From: Chitinophagaceae bacterium
GTDB taxonomy: Bacteria; Bacteroidota; Bacteroidia; Chitinophagales; Chitinophagaceae
NCBI GenBank assembly: GCA_016713965.1
Contig: JADJOC010000005.1
Span: 637-64,636, forward strand
Length of the DNA: 64,000 nt
Reading direction: 5' to 3'
The notes beneath the pieces were generated by a model. It had not been told where the DNA came from. It made no database searches and saw only the letters and a list, made by a program, of their open reading frames with translations. Shown here piece after piece: positions 54,182-62,894 of the stretch (the stretch's first letter is position 1; the number at the start of each line of letters is the position of its first letter). The position numbers and the translations under genes were made by a program.

Positions 54182-54939
54182 GGTCTGTTTTTAATCCAGT
54201 CTAACATAATTTTTGGATGTGGGTAATCAATAATACTTAAATCTGTTTTTGGGTCAAACCATAAATCAGGGTTAAATAATTCTTCCTGATCTAATTTTTT
54301 ATCGTAATCCATTCCAAAAACATCCCTTTGCATATTGATAACCTTTGATTTCATTACTTCTTTTTTTCTTACAAATCCATAATGCCAAATATCAATATCA
54401 TTTACATAATCCATTATACATTGTGCATCTATACTTTCAGCATCTCCTATTGATCGGTAACAAGTTTTTGCAAGCCTTATTATTTGAGTGCTACATGGTT
54501 TTCTTTCATGTGGAACATTCAAATAATGGTAAGGAGTTTTCCAAAGATTTATCCGTGTACACATAAATGCTTCCTTACCTGTTTTAACCGCTTTTATTAT
54601 TGCATCATAACTTTTTTCATGGATTATTTCATCTGCTTGAAGATTGAGTTGGTACTCATATCCTGCTTTTTCTGCTGCTTCAATGGCTATGTTGGTAAAG
54701 TAATTTAGTTTTTCTTTACCATGTTGCTCATGCCATGATTCAGGTAAAAGCCTTATAAAGGTTGTTTTATCATCACATAAATTAAGTAGTATATCTTTAT
54801 CTGTATCATCATCTGACCCTGCATCTAAAATAAACACATGATCGCAAAATTCTTTCAAACATTTGATTGATTCAGCATAACAATAATCAAATGTTTTTCC
54901 ATTTCGCACAAATAAAGTTCCAGCTAATTTTTTACTCAT
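54178..54939 (-). CDS. glycosyltransferase family 2-like (253 aa)
   Basis: FVRNGKTF...FILDAGSDDDT is an N-terminal GT-A nucleotide-sugar-binding pattern. Confidence 0.55.
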   Translation of the reverse strand: MSKKLAGTLFVRNGKTFDYCYAESIKCLKEFCDHVFILDAGSDDDTDKDILLNLCDDKTTFIRLLPESWHEQHGKEKLNYFTNIAIEAAEKAGYEYQLNLQADEIIHEKSYDAIIKAVKTGKEAFMCTRINLWKTPYHYLNVPHERKPCSTQIIRLAKTCYRSIGDAESIDAQCIMDYVNDIDIWHYGFVRKKEVMKSKVINMQRDVFGMDYDKKLDQEELFNPDLWFDPKTDLSIIDYPHPKIMLDWIKNRP

Positions 54940-55658
54940 ACTATAAATTTACCTTTTAAATCAATATCATCATAATCCTTTAAACGCTCCCTTATATAAT
55001 CCATACGCATATTTATTTCCCATTCCCTATCCATGTGGTTAGCTACATTCCAAGATAGTTTACCAAAGTGAATATGCGAGCCATAATCCATTCCTAATAC
55101 ATCTTTATCAATATTACCTTTCTTTCTATCAATTTGATGATGCGTAAACCCGTGTTCAAATATCTTTTCTGTCATCCAGCTTCCAACATCGTAACTCCAA
55201 TCTGTTGTATCTCTAAATGTATGTACCCCTTTTTCTTTCATCGCTTCAATATCAAACATAAAAAACCATGCTCCTATACGTGGTTTAACTGGTGCATTTA
55301 ATTGATCGCCTGTAATTAATTCCCCCGCTACCTTACATTTTTCGTTTAATAATGGCAAATACTTATCATATACATTTTCTAAAAACTCTACATCGGTATC
55401 GCACAGTAAAACATATTTTGTTTCTATATTAGTATATACAATATTAACAGATTGTTCATGCCCGTGATTAATGATAAAATCATAAAATGGTATTTTATTT
55501 TCTTTTAACCATTCTTTAGAACCGTCATCGCTCCCATTATCCACCAGTAATAATTTTAAAGGCTCTCCTTTATAGTGATGCTTAACAAAACTTTTTAACA
55601 TCAATTCCATTACCGTTTTGTTATTCCAGCTTACTGAAACTAAGGTTATATCTTGCAT
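54936..55658 (-). CDS. glycosyltransferase family 2 (240 aa)
   Basis: TLVSVSWNN...LLLVDNGSDDGS...LLCDTDVEF, with a DxD motif. Confidence 0.65.
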   Translation of the reverse strand: MQDITLVSVSWNNKTVMELMLKSFVKHHYKGEPLKLLLVDNGSDDGSKEWLKENKIPFYDFIINHGHEQSVNIVYTNIETKYVLLCDTDVEFLENVYDKYLPLLNEKCKVAGELITGDQLNAPVKPRIGAWFFMFDIEAMKEKGVHTFRDTTDWSYDVGSWMTEKIFEHGFTHHQIDRKKGNIDKDVLGMDYGSHIHFGKLSWNVANHMDREWEINMRMDYIRERLKDYDDIDLKGKFIV

Positions 55659-56285
55659 TTACATTTTTTTAATGATAACTAATCCGCAACTTGTAAAAAT
55701 CCATTCGATGTTTTTTTCAAAATAAGTGGCATCGTATTTTTTTACGGCTTCCTGCTTGTTGGCACAAATAAAACTATTGGGTATTTTGCCATTCATTTGT
55801 ACCTCTCCTACCATATCCTTTATCCTGTCTATTATTTTCACTTTTTCATTCCAGCGAGAATCATATCCGCACAAAACATCCTCGATGCAATACAAGCCTC
55901 CACTCTTTAAAAGAGGAAATAAAGTGTTAAATGAAATTAATTGATGCTCTCCTATATGTGATCCATCGTCAATAATAATATCAAATGAAGGATGTAAATC
56001 AAATAAATTCATTAATTGAGAATGAGAACTTTGGTCGCATATTATTGTTCTTATTCTTTCTGAATTAAATTGTTTTTTATCTTCAATATCAATACCTACT
56101 ACATCTGCATTTACAAAGTATTCTTTCCACATTTTTAGTGATGCCCCTTCCCAAACTCCTATTTCTAATAAATTTTTAACCTTATCTTTTAACGGGCTAA
56201 AAAACATCTCATAATATTGTAAATAATTATGACAAGTAGATGCTTTATCTGTTTGATATTTTAAACCCAATTCATCTAAACTCAT
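55659..56285 (-). CDS. class I SAM-dependent methyltransferase, sugar O-methyltransferase-like (208 aa)
   Basis: YQTDKASTCHNYLQYYE...LLEIGVWEGASLKMW...VGIDI...IIDDGSH. Confidence 0.65.
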   Translation of the reverse strand: MSLDELGLKYQTDKASTCHNYLQYYEMFFSPLKDKVKNLLEIGVWEGASLKMWKEYFVNADVVGIDIEDKKQFNSERIRTIICDQSSHSQLMNLFDLHPSFDIIIDDGSHIGEHQLISFNTLFPLLKSGGLYCIEDVLCGYDSRWNEKVKIIDRIKDMVGEVQMNGKIPNSFICANKQEAVKKYDATYFEKNIEWIFTSCGLVIIKKM

Positions 56286-57046
56286 ATTTGTTTTATTAAA
56301 TGTGAAAATTGTTCTTTATTTTTTTGTACATATTCAGGAAAACTATCATCAATCTCCACAAATGGCCATAAATCATGTGGCTCATTTGACCATAAAGACT
56401 GCCCTATTTCTAATTTATGTTTCAGCACTTCTTCATTATTAAGTTTTGGCGTGTTACATTCCTGATGTGAAAAACTATCCAACTTATTTCTTATAGCTTC
56501 CACACCACCCAAATACGACCAATGCCAGCCAGCGTGTTCTATTTGGTTATCAAAGCCACTATTTCGGACTTCATTTGGTGTTTTATCTTTCAGGTAACTA
56601 TAAGGCATAATCCTTGAAGACTTCCAACTTTGTTTCCCTTCTATACAATTTAAAAAGTAACCAAACTTATCCATTACTAATGCCGTCTGCCCCATCCCTA
56701 TATGGTAATTTTTTATGGCTTGCGCTCTAGGTATTTCGTCCGCATCGCCTATAATAACTATATCACTATCATTACAATTTTCTAATCCCAATATAATATT
56801 ATTTCTTTGGAATTTTTCATTATCCCATGCATTCCCATTGTTAGGTGGATTATTAATTATCCCATGAATAATATTGTATCCCCTAAATTCATCATAATTT
56901 TCTTTAAAAAATAGTGGTTTAGGTTTTCCCGTAAAGGAGTGAGTACATTCTACCAATACATGATTTACATTTAGTGGTTTTAATTCTTCGCACCTTATTT
57001 TTAATAAATCAAATTCCTTAAAAAAGGTAAAGCAGTCGTATATCAT
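56282..57046 (-). CDS. glycosyltransferase family 17-like (254 aa)
   Basis: MIYDCFTFFKEFDLLKIRCEEL...FTGKPKPLFF...QRNNI...IIGDADEIP matches the GT17 N-terminal signature. Confidence 0.7.
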   Translation of the reverse strand: MIYDCFTFFKEFDLLKIRCEELKPLNVNHVLVECTHSFTGKPKPLFFKENYDEFRGYNIIHGIINNPPNNGNAWDNEKFQRNNIILGLENCNDSDIVIIGDADEIPRAQAIKNYHIGMGQTALVMDKFGYFLNCIEGKQSWKSSRIMPYSYLKDKTPNEVRNSGFDNQIEHAGWHWSYLGGVEAIRNKLDSFSHQECNTPKLNNEEVLKHKLEIGQSLWSNEPHDLWPFVEIDDSFPEYVQKNKEQFSHLIKQI

Positions 57047-58458
57047 TGTTGGTGAAATTTATTAATAGTATCAATTACAGTTTCGTAATCAGTTTTGCAA
57101 CATTGCAAATGTTTTTCATCTCCAAAGTAAGCGCAGTCTTGTCCTTTTGTTCCTCCTACAATATGCCAGCATCCAGCTTTATCACAATTACTTTGTATAA
57201 TTTCTACATTGGTTAAATCAGGATGGATGTAATCAGGATTTACCGAGCCGAAAAACAATATGCAAGGTTTATTATAGGCTACGGCAATTCCCGCTGGTGC
57301 GCTATCTTCTCCAATAAAAAAATCACATCCTGCAATTAACCATTTTAACACCCCTACTTTACCAAAGGTATTGTAATGTTGCCCACATTTATTATTTCCA
57401 CTACCTATTTGTAAAACAAAATACCCTAATGCTTCCAAATGTTTTTGCACTTTCTTCCAATCAACTCCTAAAATATTTCTATGAGGTGTTGAACGATCGT
57501 CATTATGAATGACAACATATTTTTTAAAAGGTTTTGTTACTTCATCTACCAAAGGCCAAAGGATAGGGCGTGTAAGTGTGTAATCTTTAATACCACAAAA
57601 TTCAAAGTAGCTTTTTTGATAGTTTTGGCATGGCTTAACTTCGTATGCCATATCAAGATTAATTTCTTTTTCTGGCTTAATCCTGCCAATATCAAACTGT
57701 GAAATATGTTTTATAGGGAAATAATGTTGCTCAAATAACGCAAAGCAATCTGCTGGAATATCCAGCACTACATTATATCCTTGCATGTAAAAATGCCGCA
57801 TAATAGGCTCTAAAATAACAATATCTCCTATTGCACCCGAACGTTTTAAAATAACCGTAGGTTTATACGGCTCATGAAAATATCCATGAAAACCAAATGT
57901 TTTACTTGCTGGCTCTCTTAATTCATAAGCAAACCTATCAGCAACATGCTCTGGTGCAAATTTAATCCCGTGCTTACCTTTTAAATAATCACCGTATAAA
58001 ATACAAATAGACTGATCTTCGGGATGGCAAATGTCAATTAAATCATCTGTTCCTAATATTGTTTGCAGTTTTTTTGAGCGCAAAGAAAACCCACCATTCC
58101 CTACATTTCTTCCATGCTGGTACAACCACGGTGCGCCAATGTAATCATAATTTAAAAAGTAATTACCCCATACACTACCATCCAATACCCAAGCATCATG
58201 TTGTGTTACTAATACATAATCTGTATCAAAATATTTATATAACTCCTTCACCACGAAATCACTATAATCTTCTTTACTTTTTATGGATGGTATTTGCACA
58301 ACTTCAATACCTTCTATTTCTAAAGGTATATCCGTTAAAAACTTAACGGCTGCAAACTCACATTGCTTCATAGATTTTTGTAAAGAATCTACTGCTTTCC
58401 CGTAATTATAACAGTCTGCTAACACTAAACAAACATTTGGTAATTTTATTCTATTCAT
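57043..58458 (-). CDS. two-domain glycosyltransferase: DUF5672-like N-domain + GT9 (heptosyltransferase-like) C-domain (471 aa)
   Basis: N-domain has ...DYIGAPW...VGNGGFSLRSKKL. C-domain has ILKRSGAIGDIVILEPI... and FIGEDSAPAGIAVAYNKPCILFFG. Confidence 0.6.
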   Translation of the reverse strand: MNRIKLPNVCLVLADCYNYGKAVDSLQKSMKQCEFAAVKFLTDIPLEIEGIEVVQIPSIKSKEDYSDFVVKELYKYFDTDYVLVTQHDAWVLDGSVWGNYFLNYDYIGAPWLYQHGRNVGNGGFSLRSKKLQTILGTDDLIDICHPEDQSICILYGDYLKGKHGIKFAPEHVADRFAYELREPASKTFGFHGYFHEPYKPTVILKRSGAIGDIVILEPIMRHFYMQGYNVVLDIPADCFALFEQHYFPIKHISQFDIGRIKPEKEINLDMAYEVKPCQNYQKSYFEFCGIKDYTLTRPILWPLVDEVTKPFKKYVVIHNDDRSTPHRNILGVDWKKVQKHLEALGYFVLQIGSGNNKCGQHYNTFGKVGVLKWLIAGCDFFIGEDSAPAGIAVAYNKPCILFFGSVNPDYIHPDLTNVEIIQSNCDKAGCWHIVGGTKGQDCAYFGDEKHLQCCKTDYETVIDTINKFHQQ

Positions 58459-58841
58459 ACAATCATATTGTAAATAAGTTTACTTAATAAAAAAATAATA
58501 GCAAAAGAATTTAGAAAAATTAATGTCAAAATTGGTGAATTTATAAACATAAAATAATCATCATCAAAAAAAAAGGTTTTTAAATAAGAATCATCTGCCT
58601 TTTTAGTAAAAAATAAATAAAAAAACCTTATTATTAAATATAATAATAATAATATATTTAATGTTATATAAATTGTTATTAAATATTTAATTTTTTGTGA
58701 GTCAAATTCATTATTATTATTTGTAATAATTGGTATAGGCAGTACTCTTACTTGTGATTGGCAAATAAAAAAACTAAAAATCATTACTACAAATAATCCA
58801 ATTTTTGTTTTCATCATTTTATTTTTGTCTTGCTCTAGCAT
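58455..58841 (-). CDS. multi-pass membrane protein (128 aa)
   Basis: About 3 hydrophobic helices, embedded in the glycosyltransferase island. Confidence 0.5.
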   Translation of the reverse strand: MLEQDKNKMMKTKIGLFVVMIFSFFICQSQVRVLPIPIITNNNNEFDSQKIKYLITIYITLNILLLLYLIIRFFYLFFTKKADDSYLKTFFFDDDYFMFINSPILTLIFLNSFAIIFLLSKLIYNMIV

Positions 58842-59024
58842 AGCTGTTTTCTTTTATTTTCCAAATTATATCTCCGATTCTATTAATTCACCATTTTCAA
58901 TAATACTTATTACTTTATGTTATTTAGTATTAGGTGACCTGCCACCATAATCTATAAAACATATCATATCATCTAATTTTATATTAGATGCTTTTCTTTT
59001 AATAAAAAAAGGAAAATTCATATA

Positions 59025-59867
59025 TTAATTTATTAGTTTATCAAAATAATACTCCAAAGATTTTTGTTTATAAAAAGCATGTCCATTTGCCCCTGTAGGA
59101 AAGGTATTAGGAAATTGGGTACATAGTTCTAAAATGCGTGGCACTTTTTGGGCATCTGCCAAATGCCAGCAAAAACTCTGGTTACCCAAAAAGCCTGCAC
59201 TTGAATTAATTACCCTTGCGAGTTCATTAAAATCATTTACAATTAATCGTGGAACATCTAATTTCCACGCAGAGCAAAATTTTTCATGCTCATTTTCTGT
59301 TCCTGCAAATATTATTTTATGTTGGAAATTTTTCAAAAAGTAATAGGATATATAAACGTTTTGGTAACGCTCGGTACGGTTAATAATTATTTTATCACTT
59401 AAATTTATTTTGCCTTTTGTTGTTTCAGCTTCTCCCAAAGGATAACAATTTAACCATTTTTCTGATAAATCACAACTCATTTCAGGGTAAATTGTCCAAG
59501 AATAATGATGCAACAACCCTGCTGGCATCGGAATTACCTTACTATCTCTTATTAAATCAATATTATAATCAACTTCTTGCCCTTCCCAAATTTCAAATTT
59601 TTCAATATAATCTTGGCTTTCCAATAAAGGTTTTAACATCTCCCACATCCCTCTATTCATACAAACAATATTGTTTTGTAGGTCTTTAACAGGGTGAATG
59701 TCATTTATAATGTTATTTTTCTCATCATAAAAATAAGCAGGGAAGTCTAAATTTTGATAAACTATAGCTTTTTTACCCGTTTTTTTATATAAATGTTTAA
59801 GCCCAGATAGTAAAACAATCAAATCCCCACTATTAAATGAGTGTTTTACAATAATAAATTCTGACAT
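59025..59867 (-). CDS. GT9-like glycosyltransferase (280 aa)
   Basis: FNSGDLIVLLSGLKHL near the N-terminus and LGNQSFCWHLADAQKVPRI near the C-terminus parallel the heptosyltransferase motifs. Confidence 0.5.
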   Translation of the reverse strand: MSEFIIVKHSFNSGDLIVLLSGLKHLYKKTGKKAIVYQNLDFPAYFYDEKNNIINDIHPVKDLQNNIVCMNRGMWEMLKPLLESQDYIEKFEIWEGQEVDYNIDLIRDSKVIPMPAGLLHHYSWTIYPEMSCDLSEKWLNCYPLGEAETTKGKINLSDKIIINRTERYQNVYISYYFLKNFQHKIIFAGTENEHEKFCSAWKLDVPRLIVNDFNELARVINSSAGFLGNQSFCWHLADAQKVPRILELCTQFPNTFPTGANGHAFYKQKSLEYYFDKLIN

Positions 59868-59950
59868 TTTCTAAATTATATGAAAAATATTGTATTTTTA
59901 CTTTGCCAATAACACACAATATTTAAAAACAATTTAAAAAAACAAAAAAA

Positions 59951-60193
59951 ATGGCACAAATAATAACTGTATCTACCTATGCTACTGGTCCATATGATTC
60001 AGGTAGCGCAATGGGATTTTCAAAGGGCTTCCCTGTTCAAAACATTTTTCCTGAACAAATAACCCCTGAAACTCGTTCAGGAGTAGTATGTAATGCAACC
60101 ATTACACTTTTACCTACTGGTTTAAATGTAAACGGAAAGAAATTTTATACTGCAATGACATTGGCTCAAATAATTACAGCCAGTAATGCTTAG
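59951..60193 (+). CDS. small Ser/Thr/Gly-rich protein with its own strong terminator (80 aa)
   Basis: Lone + strand ORF. MAQIITVS at the N-terminus is echoed by LAQIITAS at the C-terminus. It contains an N-A-T sequon. Confidence 0.55.
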   Translation: MAQIITVSTYATGPYDSGSAMGFSKGFPVQNIFPEQITPETRSGVVCNATITLLPTGLNVNGKKFYTAMTLAQIITASNA

Positions 60194-60216
60194 AATTTTA
60201 AACTAACTTAATCCGT

Positions 60217-60242
60217 AAGCCTCATTGTGAGGCTTTTTTTAT
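60217..60242. terminator. strong intrinsic terminator (bidirectional position)
   Basis: AAGCCTC-attgt-GAGGCTT followed by TTTTTTTATT; sits between convergent genes. Confidence 0.75.
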
Positions 60243-60428
60243 TCCAAAAGTATTGTTAGAATGTACAACTACCTGTTGAGTTGAATAATGCCTAACAATA
60301 CCTCCTTCACAATGTACACAAGTCCAAATATCATTTTCAAATTGTTCGCCCGATTGAACATACAATAGATAAGCTTCTTTATTATCTTCTACGACTACTG
60401 GTATTGGATATGGTGCAAATTCAATCAA
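60222..60428 (-). CDS. hypothetical phage protein (68 aa)
   Basis: Intact ORF. Confidence 0.5.
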   Translation of the reverse strand: MIEFAPYPIPVVVEDNKEAYLLYVQSGEQFENDIWTCVHCEGGIVRHYSTQQVVVHSNNTFGIKKASQ

Positions 60429-60715
60429 TCTTTTATTTTAATAGTAAATATATACCCATCTTTTTCAAAACATGGTTTATTAGATGTCAATAAATGTATT
60501 TGCTTGTATAAGCTAGCGTAAAAATTAAAATCATTTACATCTTTATTTTTAGCAAACCCATCATTTCGAGATTGTAAAATGAACTCATTACCCAACATTA
60601 TTAACTTATTTATTGATTTTCTAGTTAAAGCAATGTTTTGATATGGACTACTCCCTAGTACATTTAACTTTTTAATATAATAATCAAACCTATGCAACAA
60701 CATTTGAAACTTCAT
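60425..60715 (-). CDS. hypothetical phage protein (96 aa)
   Basis: Intact ORF with a 4-nt overlap. Confidence 0.5.
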   Translation of the reverse strand: MKFQMLLHRFDYYIKKLNVLGSSPYQNIALTRKSINKLIMLGNEFILQSRNDGFAKNKDVNDFNFYASLYKQIHLLTSNKPCFEKDGYIFTIKIKD

Positions 60716-60721
60716 ATAATA

Positions 60722-60934
60722 TTATTTTGGCAGTTCTATCTTCATGTAATGTGTAACAGTCATAATATCTTCTCCATTTTCAACATTCCTAAACAAATAT
60801 TGTTTCCCTTCAATTTTTTCATTTTTTTCTTTTAAAAAACCAGAAAACCAAGATTTATTTTCATCCAAAAGAACATAATGATCTTCAAACTTAGGCTCTT
60901 TATCAGTTAGTTTTATCCACTTCATTTGTTTCAA
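60722..60934 (-). CDS. hypothetical phage protein, DUF551-like pattern (70 aa)
   Basis: MKWIKLTDKEPKFEDHYVLL resembles the W-x-x-x-x-D-x-x-P start of DUF551 phage proteins. The assignment is weak. Confidence 0.45.
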   Translation of the reverse strand: MKQMKWIKLTDKEPKFEDHYVLLDENKSWFSGFLKEKNEKIEGKQYLFRNVENGEDIMTVTHYMKIELPK

Positions 60935-61148
60935 TTTTTATATTACGCATTTCATTAATTATTGTTTGTTCACAAAAATTCAAAATCCCATTTAAAGAAT
61001 CTAATGGCTCTTTCGCTTTAACCCATTTCTCATTAAGTTGATTTAATTTTACTTTAGCTAAGATATATTGTTCCAATATTGGCAAAATTGCCTCTGTGAA
61101 TGATTTAGCTTTAAATTTAGTATTTTCAATTACATTATCTACATTCAT
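60903..61148 (-). CDS. hypothetical phage protein (81 aa)
   Basis: Intact ORF. Confidence 0.5.
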   Translation of the reverse strand: MNVDNVIENTKFKAKSFTEAILPILEQYILAKVKLNQLNEKWVKAKEPLDSLNGILNFCEQTIINEMRNIKIETNEVDKTN

Positions 61149-61372
61149 TTATTTTCTATTTTTGATTTTGCTAATTCTTTTATAAAAGACATTATCTCCC
61201 AATCTTTTTGTATAGTATTTTGTTGTTTTGATTTTTTGAAATTTTTTAGGGTATCATATCCAGTTATTCCATTTGACAACCCCCTACCTATTTGTTCCAG
61301 TGGAGAAATAAGAGAATTTGTATATTCTCTTACCAATTCATCAGTCCATTCAAATTTGTTTTCTATATTCAT
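61145..61372 (-). CDS. hypothetical phage protein (75 aa)
   Basis: Intact ORF with a 4-nt overlap. Confidence 0.5.
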   Translation of the reverse strand: MNIENKFEWTDELVREYTNSLISPLEQIGRGLSNGITGYDTLKNFKKSKQQNTIQKDWEIMSFIKELAKSKIENK

Positions 61373-61587
61373 AATTTATTCCATTTACAAAATCCTATAC
61401 ATTCTCCATCTTTTATATAACAATATCCAGCACTAACAAATGGTTTTTCTTCATAATCTCTATTACCACTTGAATAAATAATTTTAAAATCATATTCTTC
61501 AAATTCATCCATTTTAGTAATAAAAACTATTTCATTTTTATCCCAAACACCTGAACCAACTACTTTATAATTATAATAATCTTCCAT
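61369..61587 (-). CDS. hypothetical phage protein, first gene of the leftward operon (72 aa)
   Basis: ATG at 61587 (MEDYYNYKVVG...). The upstream track extension lies in the promoter region. Confidence 0.5.
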   Translation of the reverse strand: MEDYYNYKVVGSGVWDKNEIVFITKMDEFEEYDFKIIYSSGNRDYEEKPFVSAGYCYIKDGECIGFCKWNKL

Positions 61588-61597
61588 TATTGATGTA

Positions 61598-61627
61598 AAA
61601 ATATAAAGTATTTTTGTAACAACCAAA
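61598..61627 (-). promoter_or_regulatory. leftward promoter of the divergent switch
   Basis: Minus strand reads TTTG (61627-61624), N18, TATATTTT (61605-61598), 10 nt before the ATG at 61587. Confidence 0.4.
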
Positions 61628-61644
61628 TATTTTAGACAAAAAAA

Positions 61645-61675
61645 TTTGTACAATTAAAAATAATGTTTATATTTG
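61645..61675 (+). promoter_or_regulatory. rightward promoter of the divergent switch (near-leaderless)
   Basis: TTTG (61645-61648), N19, TATATTTG (61668-61675). The ATG at 61680 is only 4 nt after the box. Confidence 0.55.
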
Positions 61676-61679
61676 TTAA

Positions 61680-61949
61680 ATGATTTTTGAAGGATATAGA
61701 GAAATAGAATATTTTGAATTGATTAATCAATTAAAAGAATTTAGGCGTTACAATAAAAAAAGTAATGCCCATTTAGCTGTTGAATTAGGTCTTAGGGCTT
61801 CGCAAACAATAGTAAATGCACAAAATTATAATGAACAAAAAGTAAAGGATGCTAACTTAACTAAACTAATGGAATATCTAGGATTAGATGGTTTTATTGT
61901 TTGGAAAAAAGGAGTAAAGCATTACTATATTAATGATAATATAAAATAA
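61680..61949 (+). CDS. XRE/CI-Cro-type HTH transcriptional regulator (89 aa)
   Basis: KKSNAHLAVELGLRASQTIVNAQNYNEQ is a helix-turn-helix pattern. The gene is divergent from the leftward operon. Confidence 0.6.
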   Translation: MIFEGYREIEYFELINQLKEFRRYNKKSNAHLAVELGLRASQTIVNAQNYNEQKVKDANLTKLMEYLGLDGFIVWKKGVKHYYINDNIK

Positions 61950-61988
61950 TTTTTTTTCATACGTTTTATGTTTTTTTTATAAAATAAC

Positions 61989-62019
61989 GGGGTGATATTT
62001 CTATATCAGCCTCTTTTTT
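61989..62019 (+). terminator. intrinsic terminator after the HTH gene
   Basis: GGTGATAT-ttct-ATATCAGCC followed by TCTTTTTTA. Confidence 0.6.
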
Positions 62020-62020
62020 A

Positions 62021-62850
62021 AACTTATTTTTCTATTAAAAACCAAGGCAAGTAAGGCATAGTGAAGATGGTGTTTTATGAGTTTTTACGCAAAAACTCCC
62101 CTCAAAGGTTTTTACCTATATGAGGGTAAATTTACAAAAAAGTTCTTTTAAATAATTAGTGTTTGGTAGTGCTTGCAAAGGCTGCGAAAAATGATATGCA
62201 AGCAAGGAACGCAGCATCCGACTTTGGATAAGGTGATATAACAATATCGAATCTCTCATGCTATCAAACACTATACTTAATTAAGTAGGAATATGGAATA
62301 AACCTTTGTATCAGGTCGCACTTTTACAAATGGTATCTAAACTATATCCTACTTATGTTTTAATTGTGATGTTCTCCTCTTGTGTATATGGCGGAATTAG
62401 ACGCTAAAGGACAGAAATAGACAAAGTTGCTATTGTAGGAGTAAGTGGGCATTAAATCATGTATATTAATACGCAATAGTAAAAAGTTGGTTTCCTAAGA
62501 TACTCCCTGAATTGAATAAAATCTAAGTAGGGTATTGCTAAAGGTTACGGAAAAAATCAGGTTGTGCAGGTAATACAGGCGTTCTTGTCGCCCGCAAAGC
62601 GGCAAGTATCTTCCTTAAATCCTGCTATACACATGGAGACATCATAATATTGAAAAACACCCAATTAAAGTTCAAACTCCTTAGTAAAAATACCGTAATA
62701 TAACGCATTAACACTCAATCTTTTAAGATATTTTCACAAATGCTTTGAAGTCTCAAATATTTTCACAAAATTTACACCACAAATTCATAATTTGCTTTTA
62801 TAGGGTGTAAGATATACAAGCAATCAAAATATAATTCTTTTTATATTTTT
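62021..62850. other. ORF-free, hairpin-dense region (candidate large structured RNA or origin-associated region)
   Basis: No ORF of 60 aa or more in any frame over about 0.9 kb of an otherwise gene-dense genome. It has many 6-11 bp helices with G.U pairs and is bounded by terminator-like hairpins. Confidence 0.4.
62728..62769 (+). repeat. direct repeat ATATTTTCACAAA x2 (DnaA-box-like core aTTTTCACA)
   Basis: Copies at 62728-62740 and 62757-62769, 29-nt period. Confidence 0.5.
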
Positions 62851-62894
62851 AATCCCCCAACTTTTCCTTACACAATTGTTGGGATTTTTATTTT
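62851..62894 (+). terminator. terminator/attenuator-like hairpin just upstream of the replication genes
   Basis: AATCCCCCAAC-N16-GTTGGGATT followed by TTTTATTTT, ending 10 nt before the ATG at 62904. Confidence 0.5.
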
